Shown one piece after another: positions 34,001 to 41,647 of a stretch of DNA of 55,026 nt. The notes beneath the pieces are model-generated. The model saw only the letters and a program-made list of their open reading frames with translations. It was not told where the DNA came from and ran no database searches. The DNA comes from an uncultured Methanosarcinales archaeon (GTDB lineage Archaea; Nanobdellota; Nanobdellia; Woesearchaeales; JASKKU01). The first letter of the stretch is position 1. Every line of letters begins with the position of its first letter. Location: the NCBI GenBank assembly GCA_964445165.1, contig CAYUJZ010000005.1, positions 1 through 55,026 of the forward strand, in the 5' to 3' direction. The position numbers and the translations under genes are program-made.

Positions 34001-35523
34001 GGGTATTTAATTCAACAATGGATTTGGATTGGCTTAACAATAGTATCCTGGATAATGTAGAAATGCTGGTTTCTGGCGAATTTGCCCTTGAAAGAAACCC
34101 TTCTGGAAATTATTACCAATCAGGCTATTTAACTTTCCCAACGATTTACTTCAGGACAGAGGATGTTATTAACCCTTCCGTAATCCTGAGTGCTAATTTC
34201 TCAGAATATCTGGAAAATTCGACATCCTGCTTTACCAACTTAAGCATACAATACCGCTACGGCCGAAATTCTCCACCTTTGGAGATGATAAACCAGCTTA
34301 TCTGGTCAAGTTGGTCTCCGGAAAATTATACTCTGAATCAGGGTCTGCAGATGCCCGATAATATAACCCCGAAGTACTGGAACTTCAGGGTAAACTTTCA
34401 TACAACCTGCCAGAACCACTCCCCTCTGCTTGAATCAGCGCATTTTAGTTATTCTCCTAGGAAAAAAACCTTCCTTCAGGGAGCAAACATGTCACAATGG
34501 GTCTTTATGGATGATTTCTTTTATGACCCAGATGCCGATAACCTGCTTTCTTTTGATTACAATACCTCTTTAGGCCCAGCAAACAGCTCTCCGGTTTCTG
34601 TTCACACTGACCCTCCCGGCAGGACTTGGCCTCCAAACGATTGGCTTTATATAGCTTCTCCAACACTTTACACCGGTGATGTAATTATCAATCTTTTTGT
34701 TCATGATGAATATGATGCGGATGCACAATGTGCCTTTAACCTAAGTTTTATGCAGAGGCCTTCTGATGTTGGGACTCAGATAAGGTACGAGATACAGACA
34801 AGAACAGAAGTAATCTACGAAGAAAGAATTGTTGAGAAGGAGATTCCTGAGTTAATTTCCTTTAACCTTTTGGTTCCTGAATCAGTTACTATGTACCCGA
34901 ACGATACAATTGTTGTTCCTATCACTCTGGACAATTACGGGAATCATACTCTTAAGAATATAAAGCTTTTTGCAAATTCCTCGCATGAGCAGGCAGAATT
35001 GCTTTTATCAAAAGACGATTTTGAGTTAATCCCGGCGGGGCACCAGGAGAGGACTGAGCTTTTTATTACTGCAAAGAACATCCACGGCCAGTTTGATGTC
35101 TGGGTTCAGGCTTATGTTGAAGAGCCGCATTACAACGACACAGCAAAGATAATTATGGCTACCCTTGAAAAAGGAGAGCACAACTCAACCCAGCTCAACA
35201 CCAAGGTTACATATACTAAAGACCTTCTTAGGGCAAACCTGGAATGTGCAGAGCTTTATGAGATGATTGACGAGGCAGAGCGGCTGATCCAGCAAGGAAA
35301 TCTCTATAGCGCTGAGGAGATTCTTCGCTCAGCTACAGAAGCATGCAAGTACATAGTTTCCCTGGAGAGGCCTCAGGATATAACAGTAAGCAGGAGAGCC
35401 ACAGACATCAGGCTTTCATTGGAAAACAATGCATTCATAATCATGTTCCTTATTGCAGCTTCTTTTGTGCTTCTTGTAGTATTGATATACTGGATAACCC
35501 TCCCTAAAAAAGAACTAAAATAA
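31054..35523 (+). CDS. Giant surface glycoprotein (1489 aa) with about nine tandem cadherin-like domains and a C-terminal TM anchor
   Basis: The N-terminal hydrophobic segment is 'LIVGILALVYVYTYT'. Inter-domain linkers of the type (V/I)-x-(D/E)-x-N-x-P-P recur every 93-110 aa. I count about 70 N-x-S/T sequons by eye. The C-terminal TM is 'FIIMFLIAASFVLLVVLIYWI', followed by 'LPKKELK'. Confidence 0.85.
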   Translation: MNKLRLYSLIVGILALVYVYTYTLPIDTKLQIVDFFSLSPGRDMITGHLTKGEYLGECTEPNQLPYFNDSFFGGVITLYVNESFTHQIGYVDPDGDPVLVLAEGSWDKLTEPNVLNYSGYLNLTNLRKQDVGMHMVTFYAHDACNYPRGWVDSDSVNFSILNINVPPEIIGYSPEIDPPANVSLKEGNSTSFNITVYDPDLLVNPNFYNETLTYNWYLDTELNYTSGASRTNISSFTFSPGFCDSGLWNVSVNVTDKEGESEIHYWLVDVEDVNRPPHQNASFPHNITINETKDWSTDHINVLNLNDYIIDPDVIECSDQDDNITYISHHPFVLVDQASGNITINTTEYYFGNFTVNFTATDTKADSLVTGNLWIIVENIPDAPILNSTSQMIASGYLFEYLISAFHPDGFNMSFDYSLQYDSDEVEPGSVGFDTSTGNISFTPELQGANTQSIIRINITATDDGHRTDGEGPFNSSTTFNLTVFLNEPPQILDCRDITTTENQMTTIDFRYLDPEGDDVEISFYNSWFSFSIHNSTHIRAEFTPLDEHAHEIHTITVNLTDIWDMSGSCTFDLTVIDINNPPVLEISDFHPLRIGYPYYYEANVTDLDHNDIHNFTDNATFFNISTQNRKGIINISEVEEEHEGLHIVNITVCDDGNRHNHTIECDTKIVEFLVERNSPPYFIDLQDYFECEQYSVCIMEFTAGDPENDILNFSVNVSIFNITSTFNETTNHTLGRINFTPYMRPGTINFTLTVTDPWGDFNSTEVILNITEVNTPPEVSPENSTLNIVTWVNEPTEVHIYVHDREDDEIGITLNDTSLFNLEEISKSDHGTYYETYFNASFTPLDNGTWIIEMNITDGTHYVYENLTIEVRPENHPPVFGNFSPADPDGEPLILLEKDTLELAFDVSDPEGDDFIVEIFLNNQLAKESNETSQNYTFTPGWYDAGEHYIKAVATDEYGKNSSVEWRVQVLNRNRLPIGCKRVFNSTMDLDWLNNSILDNVEMLVSGEFALERNPSGNYYQSGYLTFPTIYFRTEDVINPSVILSANFSEYLENSTSCFTNLSIQYRYGRNSPPLEMINQLIWSSWSPENYTLNQGLQMPDNITPKYWNFRVNFHTTCQNHSPLLESAHFSYSPRKKTFLQGANMSQWVFMDDFFYDPDADNLLSFDYNTSLGPANSSPVSVHTDPPGRTWPPNDWLYIASPTLYTGDVIINLFVHDEYDADAQCAFNLSFMQRPSDVGTQIRYEIQTRTEVIYEERIVEKEIPELISFNLLVPESVTMYPNDTIVVPITLDNYGNHTLKNIKLFANSSHEQAELLLSKDDFELIPAGHQERTELFITAKNIHGQFDVWVQAYVEEPHYNDTAKIIMATLEKGEHNSTQLNTKVTYTKDLLRANLECAELYEMIDEAERLIQQGNLYSAEEILRSATEACKYIVSLERPQDITVSRRATDIRLSLENNAFIIMFLIAASFVLLVVLIYWITLPKKELK

Positions 35524-35573
35524 CTGAATAAGATTTCTTTTGGATAAACAGATTAATCTTAGCAGCATATAAG

Positions 35574-36245
35574 CTATTGCTTGCTCTTCCTTTTGTTCAT
35601 CTCTTTTTTTATGTCAATGAAAAGCTCAAGGATGTCTCCTTTTATTGATTCTTTTTCCTTTTCATCAAGATATGAGAAGTCTCGTTTTATTCTTTCGTAA
35701 GCTTTTGCAGCTTCCTCCAGGTCAGACCGGTCAAGCAGAAGGTAAGCATTTATTATCATTTTTTCAATACCCTGTTTAGTCCTGTTTTTCTGCCAGAAGA
35801 ATTTTCGTTTCTTTTTTTTGCTTTGCTTCTTTCTGCTCTTCTCATCTGCCTGCTTTTCTTTTCTTTCATTTTCCATCTCGTTGATAATCCTTATAAATTC
35901 GTTTATTGACTCAGTTAATTCAGTAGAGGTGAGCTGGCTTGATGAGAATTCCAGGCTGGAGACCTTGTTGTTATATTCAGCAAGGGCTTTCTTGAACTTG
36001 CTTGAGAAGGCCCTGCTTTTCCTGATTTCATTGTTTATTTCCTCAAAAGATAAAGAATACCTTTCCTTGAGCATCTTAGAATAGTACCTTCTCAATGCAT
36101 GAATAAAATTAATGCATGATTCGTGAACCTTGGTTTTTGATAGCCGTTTTTCAATAGTCCTCAACTCTGAGAGAAGGATGCTTGCAGGGGTTTCTTCTTC
36201 TTCCTTCTTCTTGCCAAAAAGAGAAAACAGCCGCTTCTTTGCCAT
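35574..36245 (-). CDS. Soluble helical K-rich protein sharing a DUF4129-like module with the tail of the 27770 protein (223 aa)
   Basis: 'SLSFEEINNEI...(same spacing)...SLEFSSSQLTSTEL' parallels 'EGSTEQEVIEKA...LVKYSGDVKSVSKARL' in the 27770 protein. It also has the poly-K stretch 'KKQSKKKKRK'. Confidence 0.55.
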   Translation of the reverse strand: MAKKRLFSLFGKKKEEEETPASILLSELRTIEKRLSKTKVHESCINFIHALRRYYSKMLKERYSLSFEEINNEIRKSRAFSSKFKKALAEYNNKVSSLEFSSSQLTSTELTESINEFIRIINEMENERKEKQADEKSRKKQSKKKKRKFFWQKNRTKQGIEKMIINAYLLLDRSDLEEAAKAYERIKRDFSYLDEKEKESIKGDILELFIDIKKEMNKRKSKQ

Positions 36246-36338
36246 ATTTTTCCCATAAGGCTTTTTAAGTTTAAAAAGTTATTCTTAACTAGGGGATTAA
36301 TAAAGAATTTTTTATATGATGCTCGATGTGAAATCAAT

Positions 36339-37325
36339 ATGGCAGACACTCTCCCGGTTGAAGAAGCTAAAAAGATAAAAGAGCAGGTTGATACAGCCAA
36401 AAAAGAGATTAAAAAGATATTCATTGGCCAGGATGAGATTGTAAACAGCTTTCTAACATGTATGTTCTCAAACGGCTCTGTTCTTATCGAAGGAGTCCCG
36501 GGCTTAGGAAAGACGCTTCTTGCACGTACAATTGCTGCAGTCCTTGGATGCAAATTTTCCAGGATTCAGTTTACGCCAGACCTGCTGCCAACAGACATCA
36601 TTGGAGTTACAACATACGAAAAAGAGAGAGGCTTCTATGTTTTAAAAGGGCCGGTGTTCAGCAACATAGTCCTTGCAGATGAGATTAACAGGGCTCCGCC
36701 AAAGGTTCAGTCAGCCCTTCTGGAGTCTATGCAGGAGAAGCAGGCAACAATCGGAAAGGAAACATTTCCCCTGCCGGTTCCTTTCTTTGTGCTGGCTACA
36801 GAAAACCCGCTGGAAAGCCTTGGGACATACCCTCTTCCAGAGGCGCAGCTTGATAGGTTTCTATTTAAGATTTTTATCTCTTATCCCGGATTCGACGAGG
36901 AGCTGATGGTTCTTGATACAAACATCACTTCGAAGAAATTTGAGGATTACAGCATTCAGCCAGTTCTTTCGTCATCTTTAATCATGGACATACAGAGCAA
37001 GGTAAAAGAGGTTTATACAGATGATAAGGTAAAGCATTACATAGTCAAGATAGTGGATGCAACGAGGAATCCAGGGAACTATAAGCTTAAAACCGGGAAA
37101 TATATCAGCTATGGCTCATCTCCAAGGGCTTCCATCGCAACTTACATCAGCAGCAAGGTGGATGCATTGCTCTTGGGCAAGAATTTTGTTACGCCATTCA
37201 ATGTCAAGAGAGTTGTAAGGCACATTCTTAATCACAGGATCGGCATAAACTTTGAGGGAGAGTCTGAAGGCATTAAGCCCTTTGAGATTATTGATGAGAT
37301 AATGGACAAGATACCTGTGCCGTGA
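36339..37325 (+). CDS. moxR: MoxR-family AAA+ ATPase
   Basis: Walker A 'GVPGLGKT' and Walker B/sensor 'VLADEINRAPPKVQSALLESMQE'. 328 aa. Confidence 0.9.
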   Translation: MADTLPVEEAKKIKEQVDTAKKEIKKIFIGQDEIVNSFLTCMFSNGSVLIEGVPGLGKTLLARTIAAVLGCKFSRIQFTPDLLPTDIIGVTTYEKERGFYVLKGPVFSNIVLADEINRAPPKVQSALLESMQEKQATIGKETFPLPVPFFVLATENPLESLGTYPLPEAQLDRFLFKIFISYPGFDEELMVLDTNITSKKFEDYSIQPVLSSSLIMDIQSKVKEVYTDDKVKHYIVKIVDATRNPGNYKLKTGKYISYGSSPRASIATYISSKVDALLLGKNFVTPFNVKRVVRHILNHRIGINFEGESEGIKPFEIIDEIMDKIPVP

Positions 37326-38213
37326 GTGATTCTTATGCTAACAGAGCTCAAAGTAAACCTTAAGCCGCTTGTAAAGAAGCTTGAGGTTTACAGCAAGAAA
37401 AATGTAAGCGGTGAGCTGGCTGGAGGCTACAGGACCTTCTTTAAGGGGCGCGGCCTGGATTTTGATGGTTACAGGAAATACGAAGTTATGGACGACTCTA
37501 ACCAGATTGACTGGAAGGCAAGCCTGAGGGCCCAGGACCTTCTGATTAAGGTTTTTCTCGAAGAGAGGAACCTGGATGTATTCATCCTCTTTGACACAAG
37601 CGCAAGCATGTGCTTTTCTTCAACAGACCAGCTTAAGTGCGAGTATGCAGCAGAGGCGATAGCAAGCATTGCCTTTGCTTCAATTCAGGTAGGGGACAAT
37701 GTAGGCCTGGTTATGTTTAATGACAGCGTAAAGGCTATGATTAAGCCAAAGCAGGGAAAAGCCCAGTTTGGTAAAATTGTGCACACTCTGTCAAACCCCA
37801 AGCACTATGACGGCCAGTTTGACCTTAAAGCTGCAATCAGCGTAGTTAATTCAGTTATGAAGAGGGAAGGCATAGTGATTATAGTCTCAGACTTTATCGG
37901 GTTGCCTGATAACTGGAGGACTTTGCTGGCCGGGCTTACCTCAAAGTGCGACCTTTTTGCAATAATGATAAGAGACCCCAGGGACGAGGAACTCCCAGAT
38001 GAGCTGCAGGAAGTCTCGGTCTCCGACCCCTACTCAAATGAAACTGTGCTCTTTAACACAAGAGAGTTCAAAGAAAGGTTCAACAGGAACGCGATTGCAA
38101 TAAAAGAGGATATTATTCATAACATAAAGCTTTTAAGGGGAAACTTCCTGGAGCTAAAGACAACAGAGCCCTTTGAGAAGAAAATCATATCATTTTTTCG
38201 CAAAGCAGCTTAA
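37326..38213 (+). CDS. DUF58-family protein (vWA-like, MoxR-associated)
   Basis: 'FKGRGLDFDGYRKYEVMDDSNQIDWKASLRAQDLLIKVFLEERN..ILFDTSASM'. Starts (GTG 37326 or ATG 37335) directly after the moxR stop. Confidence 0.8.
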   Translation: MILMLTELKVNLKPLVKKLEVYSKKNVSGELAGGYRTFFKGRGLDFDGYRKYEVMDDSNQIDWKASLRAQDLLIKVFLEERNLDVFILFDTSASMCFSSTDQLKCEYAAEAIASIAFASIQVGDNVGLVMFNDSVKAMIKPKQGKAQFGKIVHTLSNPKHYDGQFDLKAAISVVNSVMKREGIVIIVSDFIGLPDNWRTLLAGLTSKCDLFAIMIRDPRDEELPDELQEVSVSDPYSNETVLFNTREFKERFNRNAIAIKEDIIHNIKLLRGNFLELKTTEPFEKKIISFFRKAA

Positions 38214-38224
38214 GATAATCAAAA

Positions 38225-39184
38225 ATGGCATATCTGGCAATAAACAATGCGGAATTTCTTTGGCTTCTGGTTCTGATAGCCTGGATAATCCTTACGCATT
38301 TGTTCATTTCTTCAAAGATAAAGAGAAAGGCATTTGCCTTTGCAAATTTTGAGGCGCTTAAGAGAGTAGTCTATTCCAAAGAGAAAAGCACGACTAAGAC
38401 GAACAAGGTTTCGCTTAACTTTGACATTCTCTTTGTAAGAATTCTTGCAGTTATGTTCTTTGTTTTTGCACTGACGAATCCTGTTCTTTGGTATGAGGGC
38501 AGTGTTTCAGAGCAAAATTATGTTCTTGCAATTGATGCTTCCAGCTCTATGCTGGCAGACGACCTTCCACCAAACAGGTTTCAGCTGGCAAAGCAGCTTT
38601 CAGAATTCTTCTTGAACAGGGTCAGGGAAATAAGATCTGAGCTGGGCCTGGTTTCTTTTGCTGGCTCTTCACTGATAATCTCTCCCCTCTCGACTGATTA
38701 TGACCGGCTCGGGCTTCTTATCAACTCTCTTGAAATCTCAAGAATCCCTGGAACAGACCTGGGCCAGGCAATTATAACTTCTGTGAACCTGATAGTTGCA
38801 TCCGGGGAGCCTGGTGCAGTTGTGTTGGTTACAGATGGCAGGTCAACTGTCGGAACCCAGATTGAGGAAGCAGTTTACTATGCAAGAGACTCAAAGGTGC
38901 CTGTACACACAGTAGGAGTAGGAACCGAAGAAGGAGGCCAATTTGTAGGAGCTGGCTTCACTAAGCTTGACGAAGAGGCGTTAACAGCAATTTCTGAAGC
39001 AACAGGCGGAACCTTCTTCAGGGCAGAAGATAGGGACGAGTTTGGAGAGGCAATGAGAGACGTGTTTGATATCAAGAAAGGTCAGGTGCCATTTGACTTA
39101 TCAGTATTCTTTCTTATTCTTGGGCTGATTCTTGTGCTGGTTGAGTGGGGGATACTTAACACGCGAAGAAGAATCCTGCCTTAA
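38225..39184 (+). CDS. BatA-like membrane-anchored von Willebrand factor A domain protein
   Basis: Two N-terminal TM helices and one C-terminal TM helix. The MIDAS motif is 'AIDASSSM', followed by 'LVTDGRST'. Confidence 0.8.
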   Translation: MAYLAINNAEFLWLLVLIAWIILTHLFISSKIKRKAFAFANFEALKRVVYSKEKSTTKTNKVSLNFDILFVRILAVMFFVFALTNPVLWYEGSVSEQNYVLAIDASSSMLADDLPPNRFQLAKQLSEFFLNRVREIRSELGLVSFAGSSLIISPLSTDYDRLGLLINSLEISRIPGTDLGQAIITSVNLIVASGEPGAVVLVTDGRSTVGTQIEEAVYYARDSKVPVHTVGVGTEEGGQFVGAGFTKLDEEALTAISEATGGTFFRAEDRDEFGEAMRDVFDIKKGQVPFDLSVFFLILGLILVLVEWGILNTRRRILP

Positions 39185-39195
39185 AAACAATAAGC

Positions 39196-39203
39196 TTTAA
39201 ATA
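39196..39203 (+). promoter_or_regulatory. TATA box (TTTAAATA) 27 nt upstream of tRNA-Phe
   Basis: Consensus element at the archaeal -26/-27 spacing from the tRNA 5' end at 39230. Confidence 0.5.
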
Positions 39204-39229
39204 TAGTTTAGAACTTCTGCGGTTTTCAA

Positions 39230-39303
39230 GGGACGGTAGCTCAGCCTGGGAGAGCACACGGCTGAAGACCGTGGTGTCGGGGGTTCAAGTCCCCCCCGTC
39301 CCA
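39230..39303 (+). tRNA. tRNA-Phe (anticodon GAA)
   Basis: Hand fold: acceptor GGGACGG/CCGTCCC, D arm GCTC-AGCCTGGGA-GAGC, anticodon stem CACGG/CCGTG, loop CTGAAGA, T arm GGGGG-TTCAAGT-CCCCC. Confidence 0.9.
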
Positions 39304-39316
39304 TATCTCCAGGAAA

Positions 39317-39532
39317 TCATAAAAGCTTTTTCTGCTTAACCGCCTCGTCAAGGTCTTTAACAAAAAGAGTTTTTCTCTTGTGCTCCCTGCAGTAGAATGC
39401 AGCGCTCTTGACAGTATTTTTTATCTCTTTTTCGAAGTGCTCTGCAAGCTTCTTAACAAAACCCTTGCTAGCCTTTATGTCCTGCTTTTTTATAATTTCC
39501 CTAACCTGTTTTTTAACAATAAGCCCCCTCAT
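39317..39532 (-). CDS. Histone-fold protein (archaeal histone-like, 71 aa)
   Basis: Its length and pattern match archaeal HMf-type histones: 'VREIIKKQDIK.S..FVKKLAEHFEKEIKNTVKSAAFYCREHKRKTLFVKDLDEAV', including the RKT...D pair. Confidence 0.6.
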   Translation of the reverse strand: MRGLIVKKQVREIIKKQDIKASKGFVKKLAEHFEKEIKNTVKSAAFYCREHKRKTLFVKDLDEAVKQKKLL

Positions 39533-39579
39533 GCCGGCAATATAATAAGGCCAGAGTTAAATATCTTTCTAAAACTTAC

Positions 39580-39789
39580 TTAAATTCCAAGAAAGCCTTC
39601 TATTGCTTCATCAAAGTAGAGCACAGGAGAGCGGAACATTTCAACCTTTCTCCCGTCAGGATAAACAGGAATTAGCAGCTGGTCTTCATCCCTGAAGCCA
39701 TCCCATGAAATAAGCACAAAAGCCAGGAACAGGATTAGAATAATCCCGGCGCTGCCAAACAGCAGAACCCTTCGCAATATTTTTCTCAT
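39580..39789 (-). CDS. Small membrane-anchored protein (69 aa)
   Basis: N-terminal TM 'VLLFGSAGIILILFLAFVLISW'. No motif recognised. Confidence 0.4.
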   Translation of the reverse strand: MRKILRRVLLFGSAGIILILFLAFVLISWDGFRDEDQLLIPVYPDGRKVEMFRSPVLYFDEAIEGFLGI

Positions 39790-39853
39790 CTGAGCAGAAT
39801 GAATCCAGTAGTATTATAAAAAATTTTTGAAAGAAAAAGAGAAAAAACTAGGC

Positions 39854-40594
39854 TTATTCAGTCTCAACCCTTGGGGCAAGAATGAACACCATCTGAATCT
39901 TGTCTTCCTCAACAAACTCAATCCTGAGCGGATAGTCAGCACTAAATCTGATATCAATCTTTTCAGAAAGCTTTGAGGAAATCATCTTCTTAAGGTATTC
40001 AATCGAGTATTTTGACTTGACTTCCTTCTCCTTACAAGCGACAGATGTATCATCATCCTGCGGGATATCTACTTTTACCTTAGAAGTATCCCCCTTTGCC
40101 TCAATTGAAAACACTCCATCCTTAACCAGAAACATCACAGACTCAGACACAATGTCTGCATCGTCAATCGCATCCAGGATTACTTCAGTAGATGTTTTCA
40201 CAGTTGCCTTGAACTCAAGCTCAGGAAGCTTCTGCTCGCTTTCTTCAATATCAATCAGGGGAAGGAAAAAAGTTCTTGTTACCTTGCCTTTAAGCACAAC
40301 CTTAAGCCTGCTGTCATCAGATAGCTCCAGGCTAAGGATATCAGTTTTTTTAGCTCTTCTGAGAATCTTCTTTAGGTTAAGCAGGTTTATTGCAAGCTCG
40401 CTCTCACCATCAACCTTATACTCAATGCAGGCGCTCGAGAACATCTTAAAGATAATCATAGAGATATTTGCAGCATCCATTGCAATCATTTCAAGCGCAG
40501 TAGCGTTAACCTTAAACCTGACTTCGCTTACAAGCTCAGAAATTGTAGATATGCTGTCCCTTAGTATGTCTGGCTGGGCCAAAGTTATTTTCAT
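39854..40594 (-). CDS. pcn: DNA polymerase sliding clamp (PCNA)
   Basis: About 246 aa, acidic, with a two-domain beta layout and a C-terminal 'FILAPRVETE' typical of archaeal PCNA. ATG at 40592-40594. A minus-strand TATA lies at about 40622-40634. Confidence 0.85.
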   Translation of the reverse strand: MKITLAQPDILRDSISTISELVSEVRFKVNATALEMIAMDAANISMIIFKMFSSACIEYKVDGESELAINLLNLKKILRRAKKTDILSLELSDDSRLKVVLKGKVTRTFFLPLIDIEESEQKLPELEFKATVKTSTEVILDAIDDADIVSESVMFLVKDGVFSIEAKGDTSKVKVDIPQDDDTSVACKEKEVKSKYSIEYLKKMISSKLSEKIDIRFSADYPLRIEFVEEDKIQMVFILAPRVETE

Positions 40595-40732
40595 GGCAAT
40601 CACTTTTGAGTATCATGCTGTTTTATATTTAAATTTAACTGTTTTTGTGTATCTTAAGGATAATAGGAATAAGGCAGAGAATTCAGCTAACAAAAAATAT
40701 TTAAACAATTGCTCAGTTTCTTTTAAGCTATA

Positions 40733-41548
40733 ATGATTGATTTTGCAGAGTTATCTGAAAAAGCAGTAGAATGGATTATCGAGTATTCCCCAACCTTTCT
40801 AGTTGCAATTATAACGCTTGTTTTGGGTTTATGGGTAATAGGCATTATCAAGAAAATCTTTGTGCGCCTGATGACAAAAAACAGGCTGGAGCCCTCTCTT
40901 AAGTATTTCCTGGCATCATTTTTATCTGTTTCACTAAAGATTCTGCTCGCAATAACCATTATTGGAATGCTTGGAGTAGAGACTACTTCTTTTGTTGCTG
41001 TAATTGCAGCTATGGGCTTTGCAGTGGGCCTGGCGCTCCAGGGCAGCCTTTCTAATTTTGCAGGCGGGGTTTTAATCCTGATAACAAAGCCATTTAAGGC
41101 AGGCGACTTTATTGAGGCCCAGGGATTTTCTGGCACAGTAAACAAAGTGGAAATCCTTGCAACAACACTAAAAACACCAGACAATAAGACAATTATAATC
41201 CCAAATGGCTCTTTGTCAAACAGCATAATAACAAATTTCTCAACAGAGAAAACAAGAAGGGTTGACATGACCTTTGGCATAAGCTACTCAGATGACATGA
41301 ACAAGGCACATAAAATCCTTGAAAGCCTGGTCAAAAACGATAGCCGAGTCCTAAAAGAGCCAAAATCCCAGATTGTGGTCTCAAAGCTCAATGACTCAAG
41401 CGTAGACTTTACAGTGAGGGCATGGGTAAATTCAGGAGATTATTGGCCTTTCTTCTTTGACATGCAGAAAAGGGTAAAGGAAGAGTTCGACAAGAACAAA
41501 ATATCCATACCCTTCCCACAGCAGGATGTGCATGTTTACAGGCATTGA
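40733..41548 (+). CDS. mscS: Small-conductance mechanosensitive channel (MscS family)
   Basis: Three N-terminal TM helices followed by 'KPFKAGDFIEAQGFSGTVNKVEILATTLKTPDNKTIIIPNGSL'. Confidence 0.9.
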   Translation: MIDFAELSEKAVEWIIEYSPTFLVAIITLVLGLWVIGIIKKIFVRLMTKNRLEPSLKYFLASFLSVSLKILLAITIIGMLGVETTSFVAVIAAMGFAVGLALQGSLSNFAGGVLILITKPFKAGDFIEAQGFSGTVNKVEILATTLKTPDNKTIIIPNGSLSNSIITNFSTEKTRRVDMTFGISYSDDMNKAHKILESLVKNDSRVLKEPKSQIVVSKLNDSSVDFTVRAWVNSGDYWPFFFDMQKRVKEEFDKNKISIPFPQQDVHVYRH

Positions 41549-41607
41549 TGCTTTTGCTAAGGGTTTTTTCTTTTCATAGTCTTTTCTCTGAAATCCAAAC
41601 AATAACA

Positions 41608-41617
41608 TTTATAAATA
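41608..41617 (+). promoter_or_regulatory. TATA box (TTTATAAATA) about 31 nt upstream of the ATG at 41648
   Basis: Consensus-like element in front of the ribosomal protein gene. Confidence 0.45.
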
Positions 41618-41647
41618 AACCCAAGTTTCACAAGGCTTGTGTAAAAA

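Noticed and set aside
36161-36553. A 130-aa minus-strand ORF overlapping the moxR start and the 35574 gene start.
   Set aside because: It runs across a divergent promoter region and antisense to a motif-confirmed moxR N-terminus. It has no start context.
40017-41280. Long antisense ORFs opposite PCNA (40017-40733) and MscS (40723-41280).
   Set aside because: Both real genes have strong family signatures. The antisense products are S/I/L-rich with no recognisable features or start context.
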